Part shown: positions 1 through 10,490 of the stretch, piece after piece
How positions within the stretch are numbered: position 1 is the stretch's first letter
Layout of the letters: each line of letters starts with the position of its first letter
NCBI GenBank assembly: GCA_002269645.1
Contig: NIVC01004650.1
Coordinates: 1-39,406 of the forward strand
Direction: 5' to 3'
Origin: Macrostomum lignano
Taxonomy: Eukaryota
Length of the DNA stretch: 39,406 nt
The notes under the pieces: generated by a model
Seen by the model: only the letters and a program-made list of their open reading frames with translations
Database searches by the model: none
Told to the model about the DNA's origin: nothing
Position numbers and translations under genes: made by a program

Positions 1-40
1 CCAAACCCTAATTTTTAACTCAATTTAATAAAATAAAAAT

Positions 41-328
41 AGCGCTATTTCATTTGAGGGCGCCATTTCGTTTGAGGGGCGCCATTTCATTTGAGGGGCG
101 CCATTTCATTTTAAGGATGCCATTTCATTAAAGGTGGCGCTATTTCAGTGGAGGGGCGCCATTTCATTTGAGGGGGCGCCATTTTATTTGAGGGGCGCTA
201 TTTTATTTGAGGGCGCCATTTGATTTGAGGGGCGCCATTCGTTTGAGGGGCGCCATTTCATTTGAGGGGCGCCATTTCATTTTAAGGGTGCCATTTTATT
301 AGAGGGAGCGCCATTTCATTTGAGAGGG
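41..328. repeat. ~20-bp minisatellite, consensus GGCGCCATTTCATTTGAGGG, about 14 copies
   Basis: Tandem reiteration of ggcgccattt(c/t)(a/g)tttgaggg is directly visible. Confidence 0.95.
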
Positions 329-610
329 TCATGGACAACTTAATTAGGCGGATTGGAAAATTCGTTTTATCGAAAAAAAACTCTTCAGACGTAGCAATTT
401 TAATTTTTAACGAAAAATTGGGATTTAATTATCATCTGAATTTGAAGATAATGACGATATTGTCTTTATTAGTGACCTTTAGATTGGAAATAATAGTGCA
501 TTTCTTGCGAAATTTCTGCAACCTTATACTGGAAGAGATCGATGTAAAAATAGACAATCAATGCCAATCAAAATGGAATTTCTCTTTCAGTTTACCCAAC
601 GAAATTCTGA

Positions 611-1200
611 GAAGTGGAGAGGGAAGGAGAAAAGAGGAGAGGAGAAGAGAAGAGATGAGAGGAGAGGAGATGAGAGGAGATGAGAGGAGAGGAGAGGAGA
701 TAAGAGGAGAGGATAGGAAAGGAGAGGAGATGAGAAGAGAGGAGATGAGAGGATAGGAGAGAAGCGGAGAGGAGAGGAGAGGACAGGAGATAAGATGACA
801 GGAGATGAGAAGAGAGGAGATAAGAGGAGAGGATAGGAAAGGAGAGATGAGATGAGATGAGAGAGAGGAGAGGAGAGGAAAGGAGAGGAGATGAGAGGAG
901 AGGAAAGGAGAGGAGAGGAGAGGAAAGTAGAGATGAGATGAGAGGAGAGGAAAGGAGAGGAGATGAGAGGACAGGAGATGAGAGGAGAGGAGAGGAAAGG
1001 AGAGATGAGATGAGAAGAGAGGAGAGGACAGGAGATGAGATGAGAGGAGAGGAAAGGAGATGAGATGAGAGGAGAGGAGAGGACTGGAGATGAGAGGAGA
1101 GGAGAGGACTGGAGATGAGATGAGAGGAGAGGATAGGATAGGAGAGAAGAGGAGAGGAGAGAAAAGGAGAGGAGAGGAGAGGATAGGAGAGGAGAGTGAG
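611..1200. repeat. Polypurine simple repeat built from GAGAG/GAGGA/GATGA pentamers
   Basis: Almost pure G/A tract; explains the ORFs 331..756, 558..1217 and 857..1063. Confidence 0.97.
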
Positions 1201-1829
1201 GGATGATTATGATTCACCTAATACCCAGTAGTTTAGCTATGGTAGCTACAGTGTATTTCATACAGTGCATTAAAGTATGTAGAGCGATTTCGGATGCACA
1301 ATAATTATAAGGGAGATCGCAGGAATAAAACGAAGCAATGCATGATATGAACAGACTGTGGCACAGGAAATAATATACGAAATGCGATCAAGGAGAATCC
1401 AGTAGACTGCAGTATACATTTATACCATATATCTGGTAAGTACAAGCACACACTTTCGATGGGAAAACATCCCTCAAATACATGTGGTCCAAACGGCCGT
1501 TTTTTACAGCTTGTATTGCCTTCATAAACTATGTGTACCTATGATGCAGAACGGTTGCAAATAACGTTTATGCTGAAAGCAAAAGCCTATATAGACAAAG
1601 TTATGGGCTAAACCAGAAGTCATTGATGGCTGTACGAGCCTACACAACGTCCATCAGCTAATGCATTTCTGCCTCGAGTATGAACGCATTTGGACCAGCC
1701 TTCATCTTGCGGCCATTTTCTTAAAACCAGACACAGACAGTCAGAATGGTAAAGAAAAAAATGAAATCTTAGGCTCGAATTTCTAAGAATTCCGAATAAG
1801 ATAAACATCTAGAATTTTATACTAGCAGC

Positions 1830-2716
1830 TGGAAAATCGAGAGTGAGAGTTGAGAATAGAGATTGAGATTTTAAAATCGATGCTAAGATTTGAGAATCGA
1901 GGGTGAAATTTGAAAATCCAATGTGAGATTTGAGAATCCAATGTGAGATTTTAGAATCAAGGCTGAGATTTGAGAATCTAGGGTGAGATTTAAGAATCGA
2001 GAGTGAGATTTGAGAATCGAGAGTGAGATTTGAGAATCGATAGTGAGATTTGAAAATCAAGGGTGAGATTTGATAATCAGGGGTGAGATTTAAGAATCGA
2101 GAGTGAGATTTGAGAATCGATAGTGAGATTTGAGAATCGATAGTGAGATTTAAGAATCAAAATTGAGATTTAAGAATCAAGAGTGAGATTTGAGAATCAA
2201 GGGTGAGATTTTAGAATCGAGGGTGAGATTTAAGAATCGTGGGTGAGAGTTTAGAATCGAGGGTGAGATGAGAACCGAGGGTGAGATTTTAGAATCGAGG
2301 GTGAGATTTTAGAATCGAGGGTGAGATTTAAGAATCGTGGGTGAGAGTTTAGAATCGAGGGTGAGATTTAAGAATCGTGGGTGAGAGTTTAGAATCGAGG
2401 GTGAGATTTAAGAATCGTGGGTGAGAGTTTAGAATCGAGGGTGAGATGAGAACCGAGGGTGAGATTTGAGAATCGAAAGTGAGATTTGAGAATCAAGAGT
2501 GAGATTTGAGAATCAAGGGTGAGATTAAAGAATCGAGGGTGAGATTAAAGAATCAAAGGTTGGGATTTGAGAATCGAGGGTGAGATTTGAGAATCGAGAG
2601 TGAGATTTGAGCATCAAGAGTGAGATTTGAGAATCAAGGGTGAGATTAAAGAATCGAGGGTGAGATTTGAGAATCCAGGGTGAGGTTTGAGAATCGAGTG
2701 AGAGATCTGAGAATCA
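1830..2716. repeat. 20-bp minisatellite, consensus GTGAGATTTGAGAATCGAGG, about 43 copies
   Basis: Visible tandem array with 20-nt period. Confidence 0.97.
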
Positions 2717-3599
2717 ATTTAACCTAGGATTCGGGACACATACCTTTTGGGCATTAGGAAAACATTGCGCCAGGAAACAAGAGCGCAATCTCGCGAAAGC
2801 AAATGACAAGTTTGACAAATCCTCTTAAAATGGTTTCCAGGGCGCAGTCGGCTCTCAAATTGCAGCTGATTGCGTGCTGCATAAGATTTCCAGGCAACAA
2901 TTGTTTGTTGGAAAAATTCAGCAGCTTGCAGAAGCTATTTTAAATCAGCCTACTAGTTAGCCTACTAGTAGTAGAAGAAAAGCGTTTTCAGTAAAAAATG
3001 AATAAAAAAGCAAAATTCTCTTCACTGACGTGAAATAACATTACAGTAAAATTAAGAAGCTATCTGAGAGCTTTTAATTTAGAAAATCTTTATTATAAGC
3101 ACACTACATGCCAGTTTAAACAAATATACACAAACACAGCAAAAAGAGTTTTATTAATAAGTTGGAAGTGAATTTTTGAATTAGAATACACGATGGAGTG
3201 AGTGCTTAATTGGCAGATCAATGCCAACTTTTGAACTGATATTATTTTTCTTTATTACGGTACTGCCAGTGAATTTTAAACACGTTAAAGCTGCACAGTG
3301 AACGTGGAATGCATCGCCAAAGTTTCTGTTTACGCTAATATAGATCAAAATCAATGGAATGTATTAAAAAGAATTGTAAATATCAATTTAAGGTAATTTA
3401 AGCTACTTTCAGTAGAAGTTTCGCGAATTTCGCGCGATAGTAACTTTACAAATGATGAGGAATGCTATTCAATAAATCTACTAAATATTTTTCGTAATTA
3501 AGTTGCGGATGCAAACACAATGCATGGTATGGAATAATTACAGTTTCGATGCATAAATAACTATGCAATTTCATGTATGATTGATAGAGCTTACTTTAT

Positions 3600-3760
3600 G
3601 CATTTTCGATACATATCGGCAATGTATAAAAGTGAACTTTGTACTATAGATTTATCTAGTCTAATTTACATACTTTCGATACATATCGCCAATATAAAAA
3701 GTGAACTTCGTACTAGTTTACGCGAGTCTAATTTACATACTTTCGATACATATCGGCACG
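3600..3760. repeat. ~67-70 bp tandem repeat (about 2.5 copies) containing the dyad CGATA-ca-TATCG
   Basis: cgatacatatcg at 3607, 3677 and 3744; shared aaaagtgaactt and tctaatttacatactttcgata segments. Confidence 0.85.
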
Positions 3761-3858
3761 ATATTTAAAAACACAAACAAGGACAGAGCAGCGTGATGAA
3801 GTGTATAAGAATAAGTTAATTTTTAAAAACTTAGGCAACCCCAGGATTCGAACCCCTG

Positions 3859-4068
3859 TTACGGCGCCCAAACTCGCATTGAACAATCAGCTGATCCGGT
3901 GAATAAGCGGCTATTGCACACTGCCATCGCTGTCACAATGCCTTGATGCCGTTGCAAAGTTTGAGTGCGCAGCATATTGTGCAGGCTCCACACCGCTACC
4001 GACATGTCGTGCGACCCGGATAGCAGCTTCAGACCGGCGCTGGTTCGCATCACAGACAGGCAACTCAC
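3859..4068 (-). CDS. TRAF7: TRAF7 exon 5 (last): WD40 blades 6-7 and stop codon
   Basis: Acceptor ttttag|GTG at 4069/4068. VSCLSV...LLSGSHDMSVAVWSLHNMLRTQTLQRHQGIVTAMAVCNSRLFTGSADCSMRVWAP* matches the TRAF7 C-terminus ([38 protein letters not shown]). Confidence 0.93.
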   Translation of the reverse strand: MSCLSVMRTSAGLKLLSGSHDMSVAVWSLHNMLRTQTLQRHQGIVTAMAVCNSRLFTGSADCSMRVWAP

Positions 4069-4119
4069 CTAAAAAGGTGAAAATTAAATTAATAATAACA
4101 ATGAACCATGCTGAGTGAA

Positions 4120-4585
4120 AATCTCACTAGAATCTTATTTATGACCAAAGCTAGAATCTCATTATGACCCAAGTGAGAATCGCATTTATGACCTAATTGA
4201 GATCTTATTTATGACCAATGCTAGAATCTCATTTATGACCAATGCTAGAATCTCATTTATGACCAAAGCTAGAATCTCATTTATGATCCAAGCTAGAATC
4301 CCAATATGACCCAAGCTAGAATCCCATTATGACCCAAGCTAGAATCCCATTATGACCCAAGCTAGAATCCCATTATGACCCAAGCTAGAATCCCATTATG
4401 ACCCAAGCTAGAATCCCATTATGACCCAAGCTAGAATCCCATTATGACCCAAGCTAGAATCCCATTATGACCCAAGCTAGAATCTCTTTATGACAAAAGC
4501 TAGAATCCCATTATGACCCAAGCTAGAATCCCATTATGACCCAAGCTAGAATCCCATTATGACCCAAGCTAGAATCTCGCCATGA
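4120..4585. repeat. 23-bp minisatellite (ATCCCATTATGACCCAAGCTAGA)n filling TRAF7 intron 4 (4069-4608)
   Basis: 23-nt period, e.g. units at 4321 and 4344. Confidence 0.95.
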
Positions 4586-4608
4586 CTGATTTAAAACTGA
4601 TCACTAAC

Positions 4609-5145
4609 CTGACTGGAGTGGCCTCTGAGCACATGAGACGGTCTGGTTGTAGCTGACGCAACCTCTTCAGTGCTGGTCACGGCCGATGAAGAGACTGCAG
4701 CCTCATCGTTACTATGCTCTCCATCAGTTTCGACAGCAGCAATGGCTGAAGCGCTGCCCAAAGCAGTTGCAGCGGTGCCAGCAGCAGAAACAACCGGTTC
4801 TTCCAGAGCTTCCCAAACCAGTAGGAAGCCGCAACCAGTGCCAGCAATGACAAAGTCTGGCAGAACTAGAACTGAATGCACATTATTGCCCTCCTCATCT
4901 GTGCACAATGAGCGCACAGTGGAGAAGTTACACAGATCGATGACTAGCACCGAGTTGCCGCAGCCAACGTACAGCAGCTGCTGGCTGACCACCAGGGCGC
5001 GAACCCAGCGCACAAATCCAGTTAGAGTACGCAGACAGATCCTGCTAGCCAGATCCCAGACCTTCACCAGAGTGAATGAGCCCGAGAATAAATAGAGCTT
5101 GGAGACACACAGGGTGCTGACGCTGTCTGTGTGACCTTTGAGCGT
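4609..5145 (-). CDS. TRAF7: TRAF7 exon 4: WD40 blades 3-5, Ala/Ser-rich insertion, start of blade 6
   Basis: Acceptor ggacag|ACG and donor CAG|gttagt, both phase 0. TLKGHTDSVSTLCV..LFSGSFTLVKVWD..LTGFVRWVRALVV matches TRAF7 LFSGSLKAIKVWD..LTGLNHWVRALV. Confidence 0.92.
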
Positions 5146-5369
5146 CTGTCCAATAGAGGGGGGAGGGGTGGGGATTGAGTAGAAACTGTAGACACAGGCT
5201 ATAAGCTTAATTGCGCACCCGATAAGCATAGAGTAGCTTTGAAGAAATACCAACAGACATTAGGTATCTCCTAACTATACCCAAAGACATAGAGTACCAC
5301 CTAATAAATACGAGTACCTCACGGACATGTGGCCGATTAAATAAATACCTACGCGGATGGATAGTCAAT

Positions 5370-5770
5370 AAATACCCAAGGACACAGACTAGATTAAACA
5401 CATACCCAAGGACACAGAGTAGCTCAAACACATACCCAAGGACACATACTAGCTCAAACACATACCCAAGGACACATACTAGCTCAAACACATACCCAAG
5501 GACACATCTAGATTAAACACATACCCAAGGACACATACTAGCTCAAACACATACCCAAGGACACAGACTAGATTAAACACATACCCAAGGACACAGAGTA
5601 GCTCAAACACATACCCAAGGACACATACTAGCTCAAACACATACCCAAGGACAGAGTAGATTAAACACATACCCAAGGACACAGACTAGCTCAAACAAAT
5701 ACCAAAGGACAGACTGGATCAAACACATACCCAAGGACACAAAACCGCTTAAAAACATACCATGGACACA
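5370..5770. repeat. 30-bp minisatellite (GCTCAAACACATACCCAAGGACACATACTA)n filling TRAF7 intron 3 (5146-5806)
   Basis: 30-nt period (5461, 5491); explains the ELVCVLGYVF repeat ORFs. Confidence 0.95.
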
Positions 5771-5806
5771 TGCTAGCCTAAACACACCAAATAGAAGAGC
5801 CCCCAC

Positions 5807-6349
5807 CTTCAAGCAGGTACCGAACTCCGCAGACGCGGGCGCCACATCCCAAACTCGAATTGTATTATCCTGCGATCCAGAAAACAACACCGAACCAGTC
5901 AGCGCCAAGGACAACACGGGCCCGTCGTGTCCATCGAGAGTTTTCAGCAGCTCATTGCTACTGCTAACCTGCCACATTTTCACTGATTTATCGCCGCTAG
6001 CAGAGTACAGGTAGTCCCCGCCGCCCAGTAGGCACCAGATCGGGCCTCGATGACCTACAAATGTACCTAGACATTTGAAGGTTTGCCAAACATTTCCTCC
6101 AGGCTGTACACTGGCTATAGATGACACCAGCTCGTTGACTACTACGATGGCTTCTTGTAGCCGATCTTGTTTGGCCAGCGAGTCCGCCAGGAGGTCCTGA
6201 TGCTCAGCTTGGTTGATCTCCAGCAACTGTAGCCGGTCAGTCACGTGACGATCAAGACGGTCGAGACGTTCGACAACGCCGCTGAGCATCACGCGTATGC
6301 GTTCGGATTCCGCCGTACGCTGTTCTAGCTGTTCTTCTAAGTGGCGAAT
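5807..6349 (-). CDS. TRAF7: TRAF7 exon 3: coiled coil and WD40 blades 1-2
   Basis: Acceptor ttccatcag|ATT and donor AAG|gtgggg, both phase 0. FKCLGTFVGHRGPIWCL and KTLDGHDGPVLSL match TRAF7 FKCKGTFVGHQGPVWCL and KTLEGHDGIVLAL. Confidence 0.93.
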
Positions 6350-6424
6350 CTGATGGAAAATAGATAAAATACACGTGTTGCTTTATCACACTACTGAGTT
6401 AGTAATGCTGAACGTTTTTCGTCA

Positions 6425-6875
6425 TAGGAGTCCTAAAAAATCACAGAGTTTTGAAAAATCTCAGAGTATTAAAGTCCCGAAATTTTGTATCTCTCTCTCT
6501 AAGTCTTTGATACCAAGTCTTCAAATCCCCAAAAAATCTCAAAGTCTCAAAGCCCCAAATAACCTGAGTTTTGAAGGCCCACCAAAAAATCTCAAAGTCC
6601 CGAAGTCTTAGAAAGTTCAAACTTTTGGAGTCCCAGAAAATCTTAAAGTCTCGAAGTCCCAAAAAATCTCAAAAGTCCCGGAGTCCCAAAAACTCAAAAG
6701 TCTCGAAGTCCCAAAAAATCTCAAAAGTCCCGGAGTCCCAAAAAATCTCAAAAGTCCCGGAGTCCCAAAAAACTAAAAAAACGCGGAGTCCAAAAAAATC
6801 TCAAAAGTCTCGAAGTCCCAAAAAACTCAAAAGTCCCGGAGTCCCAAAAAATCTCAAAAGTCTCGAAGTCCCGAA
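6425..6875. repeat. ~27-bp minisatellite (AAAAAATCTCAAAAGTCCCGGAGTCCC)n filling TRAF7 intron 2 (6350-6894)
   Basis: 27-nt period (6721, 6748), degenerate toward the left end. Confidence 0.93.
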
Positions 6876-6894
6876 AATGACGGCATAAACAAAC

Positions 6895-7289
6895 CTGCTT
6901 CTCCATTCGCTGCCGGGCGCCAACGCAGACGCTGGAACAAGAAGTGCCATTGCCGCCGCAATCGGACTCGTGCTCCTGAAGATCACGCAGTTTCACAGTC
7001 AGCCCGCAGCCTCTGCTGCAAACTGCTGGACTATGCGGACAACAATTCTCGTGCTCCAACCGGTTGCCCAGACGTATTTCGGCGTTGCAACCGGAAGGAT
7101 CAACTTCATAGCTGGAGCAGCCGCCTACCAGAGACGATGGAGATGTTAATCCGGAGTCTGGAGACTCAGCGTTCGGTCGTTTGACCCGGAGACCGTAGCG
7201 GCATCGAATGAGAAGGTCTCCAACTTGATCGCATAGTGCTAGATTGACAACTAGAGGCTTGGCAGGCACGTTGTGACGGGGGCAGGGCA
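6895..7289 (-). CDS. TRAF7: TRAF7 exon 2: end of RING and TRAF-type zinc fingers
   Basis: Acceptor ctccag|TG (phase 1), donor CAG|gtttgt. VVNLALCDQVGDLLIRCRYG..YEVDPSGC..IRL..R.EHE..C matches TRAF7 [45 protein letters not shown]. Confidence 0.93.
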
Positions 7290-7349
7290 CTGGAGTGAAG
7301 GCGCGATTAAGAAAAGTTTGTATTAACTTTCTAGCAATGCTTTAGAGAG

Positions 7350-8250
7350 CGGTTTTTAGGTAATTGGGCCGATTTTCAAAGTGGTAATTGGGGCAATTTT
7401 TCAATGATAATTGGGGCCATTTTTCAATGGTAATTGGGCCATTTTTCAATGGTAATTGGGGCCATTTTTCAATGGTAATTGGGGCCATTTTTCAATGGTA
7501 ATTGGGGCGATTTTTCAATGGTAATTGGGGCGATTTTTAAAGCGGTAATTAGGGCGATTTTCAATGATAATTGGGGCGATTTTTAATGGTAATTGGGGCG
7601 ATTTTCAAAGTGGTAATTGGGGCGATTTTCAAAGTGGTAATTGGGCCGATTTTCAAAGTGGTAATTGGGCCGATTTTCAAAGTGGTAATTGGGCCGATTT
7701 TCAAAGTGGTAATTGGGCCGATTTTCAAAGTGGTAATTGGGCCGATTTTCAAAGTGGTAATTGGGCCGATTTTCAAAGTGGTAATTGGGCCGATTTTCAA
7801 AGTGGTAATTGGGCCGATTTTCAAAGTGGTAATTGGGCCGATTTTCAAAGTGGTAATTGGGCCGATTTTCAAAGTGGTAATTGGGCCGATTTTCAAAGTG
7901 GTAATTGGGCCGATTTTCAAAGTGGTAATTGGGCCGATTTTCAAAGTGGTAATTGGGCCGATTTTCAAAGTGGTAATTGGGCCGATTTTCAATGGTAATG
8001 GGGGCGATTATTCAGTGGTAATTGGGCCAATTTTTCAATGGTAATTGGGGCAATTTTTCAATGGTAATTGGGGCGAGTTTTCAATGGTAATGGGGGCGAT
8101 TTTTAAAGCGGTAATTAGGGCGATTTTCAATGGTAATTGGGGAGTTTTTTAAAGTGGTAATTGGGCATTGGGGCGATTATTCAGTGGTAATTAGGGCGAT
8201 TTTTCAGTGGTAATTAGGGAGATTTTCAAAGTGGTAATTGGGGAGTTTTT
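7350..8250. repeat. 24-bp minisatellite (GTGGTAATTGGGCCGATTTTCAAA)n with degenerate flanks, filling TRAF7 intron 1 (7290-8338)
   Basis: Perfect core at about 7630-7990; explains the QSGNWADF, KIGPITTL and KVVIGPIF ORFs. Confidence 0.97.
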
Positions 8251-8338
8251 TAAAGAGATATCAAAGAGATATTTATCAAAGTACAAAGTGATTGGAATAT
8301 TCTCTAAGAAATGACTACAGCAAAAAGCGTTCACCAAC

Positions 8339-8489
8339 CAGTCTCATCCGCAATACACCGGTGACAGAAGCTGTCACCGCAAGAGGCTGTAAATGGATTT
8401 CTAAACACGTTGCCGCAGATTCTGCACAGCAAACCGTCTGGTGGCGGCGAGGCGAACACCGTCGGCGGCGGGTCAGCGTCGGCTTCCAT
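8339..8489 (-). CDS. TRAF7: TRAF7 exon 1 (not in the ORF track): start codon and N-terminal part of RING
   Basis: ATG at 8489. MEADADPPPTVFASPPPDGLLCRICGNVFRNPFTASCGDSFCHRCIADET matches TRAF7 [36 protein letters not shown]. Phase-1 donor G|gttggt joins exon 2. Five-exon join = 1836 nt, 611 aa. Confidence 0.88.
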
Positions 8490-8667
8490 GCATTTTAACA
8501 ATATTTTCGATACATATCGGTTTTATGGTAATGGTTAGTTTAAAAGACTTAGCTTGTGAGACAATATATGTATGTACTAGCTAAATTCCTACATTATTTG
8601 GCTAGTTGTAAAAGTAGTTCAATAATAGTAGTATAGCATATTAAATATATTCAAAGCAACGTTATAA

Positions 8668-9010
8668 AATTGGCGCCAAAATTAAGGAATGGCGCTAAAC
8701 TATAGTGATGAATGGCGCCAAACTATAGTGATGAATGGCGCCAAACTATAGTGATGAATGGCGCCAAACTATAGTGATGAATGGCGCCAAACTAGTGATT
8801 AATGGCGCCAAACTATCGTAACGAATGGCGCCAAACTGTATAGTGATGAATGGCGCCAAACTAGTGATTAATGGTGCCAAACTATCGTAACGAATGGCGC
8901 CAAACTGTATAGTGATGAATGACGCTAAACTGATATGAGCAATTGCGCCAAACTATCGTGATGAATGGCGCCAAAACTATCGTGATAAATGGCGCCAAAC
9001 TGAATTGAGC
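8668..9010. repeat. ~23-bp minisatellite (GAATGGCGCCAAACTATAGTGAT)n upstream of the TRAF7 ATG
   Basis: 23-nt period (8701, 8724); about 10 copies of GGCGCCAAA. Confidence 0.92.
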
Positions 9011-9225
9011 AATGGCGCTGAACTAGATCGTGGAAGGACAGCACCAAACGAAGGATGGTAAAGAAGTACAAAAGACTCACTAAATTACATATATGCAAAC
9101 GTCAGTGAGTCAAGAAATGCTATAAAACACCTAAATCTTAACACTGAAAAGCTGGACCACTTTCTGGATAAATATGGTAAATAAATAACACAAACTAAAA
9201 TGCACTTAAATGCTTGATCCTACGA

Positions 9226-9570
9226 GCTACATAGGGTCGGTCTAGTGCGGTGCTCTTATGTGCTAGCGGCCCAGGCTCGATTCCAAGTGCACATATTAGT
9301 TTGGGGCCAAATTGGAATCTCGGCTTGGCTCTGCTCGTGCAATTATGCAATTAACGCCCTTGACGGCCAGCCCCCCGACGCACAGTGAAGTGTACATGCC
9401 TAACGATAAATAAAGCCAGGGCCGCTGCAGTACACTCCTGTGTGCCTGTGCGTATGACTGCGTACGTATCCGCGCGCTTGTATGCCTGCTCAGGGGAGCC
9501 GGAGGAATGGAGAATAATACCTCTCGCCGGGTATGTGACAAAGAGTGCCAGGATGCATACAGTCCCATGT
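9226..9570 (+). mobile_element. tRNA-derived SINE, copy A
   Basis: A-box-like tcggtctagtgcgg and B-box-like ggctcgattcc. Body collinear with 10150-10490 (aattggaatct.gg.ttggctctgctcgtgcaa; gcacagtgaagtgtacatgcctaacgataaataaag; gtatgactgcg..tatccg.gcgcttgt.tgcctgctcag). Confidence 0.7.
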
Positions 9571-10149
9571 TTCTCATTAAGAAGCTAGATGCCTACATCA
9601 GAAAAGACCCGCGCTCACAGCACAAAGAACCGTTAACGAACACACGAGCTTGCCCGAAAATTTTTTACTTTACAAGCCAGACCAAAAAATTTACGAAGCA
9701 TTCAAGGGTGTGACAGACCAGCTCAGCTCAGCGTATAGAAAAATTAAATTATCCCATCAGCACCTCCCTTTGACTGGAAAATTCTCCGCCAAGAATGATA
9801 GATTGGATACCTAAGAACTGCATCCTTGAAACATGCATCTACCATCTGTATCTGCTCAAGACACTTCTGTGAGTAACAGAATATTAGATTGCGTGATGGG
9901 AAAGCTTTTTGCCACCAAAATCTTATTAAATATGAATGCAAGCAGACCGGTTGCTCTGTTTAGCTTCTAGAATTTTGGCGGGAACCGCCTGGCTAATTGG
10001 CTCATCTTGAAAATAAAAGTACGTACATCAAAATAACTGCAAAAAAGCAAATGGTAGCAACTCTATTCAAAATTTCCATCATTCATTCGTCAATCTACTG
10101 AGTTAAATAATGAAATGTTTTTTTACTTAGCTGGCAATGACCCAACTAA

Positions 10150-10490
10150 CAGTTGGCCATGTGGTACCGTAGCCTCGTGGTCTTAAAGAGTTCTTACGTA
10201 CCAGCGGCCCAGGCTCGATTCCAAGTGAAGTCGATTGATTTGGGGTCGAAATTGGAATCTTGGTTTGGCTCTGCTCGTGCAAATAACGGCCTTAAGGGCC
10301 AACCTTCAAGGCACAGTGAAGTGTACATGCCTAACGATAAATAAAGTTAGGGCCCCTGAGTATGACTGCGGAAGTATCCGTGCGCTTGTGTGCCTGCTCA
10401 GAGGCGGAATGGGCAGTAATGCCTCTCGTCGGTAGTGCGACAATGTCGGTTAAAAGTGCGTTACTGGAACACATAGTCCTACCTAACTAT
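10150..10490 (+). mobile_element. tRNA-derived SINE, copy B
   Basis: A box tagcctcgtgg, B box ggctcgattcc; same body as copy A. Confidence 0.72.

Noticed and set aside
331-1217. ORFs 331..756, 558..1217 and 857..1063 (EERRG / SSPLL repeats)
   Set aside because: Translations of the GA-rich simple repeat.
1270-1750. Good-looking splice sites (tctg|gtaagt, ttttacag|) suggesting + strand exons
   Set aside because: All joined frames contain stops and show no recognisable similarity.
3835-3860. B-box-like GGTTCGAATCC immediately after the TRAF7 stop codon (minus strand)
   Set aside because: No A box, acceptor stem or anticodon arm; not a tRNA gene.
5207-6986. Repeat ORFs 5207..5491, 5479..5682, 6375..6611, 6441..6662 and 6571..6888, and ORF-track extensions of TRAF7 exons
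   Set aside because: Intronic minisatellite read-through beyond the splice sites.
7561-8044. Perfectly repetitive ORFs (QSGNWADF)n and others, and a possible CRISPR-like array
   Set aside because: 24-bp intronic minisatellite with no unique spacers; open frames arise because the unit is a multiple of 3.
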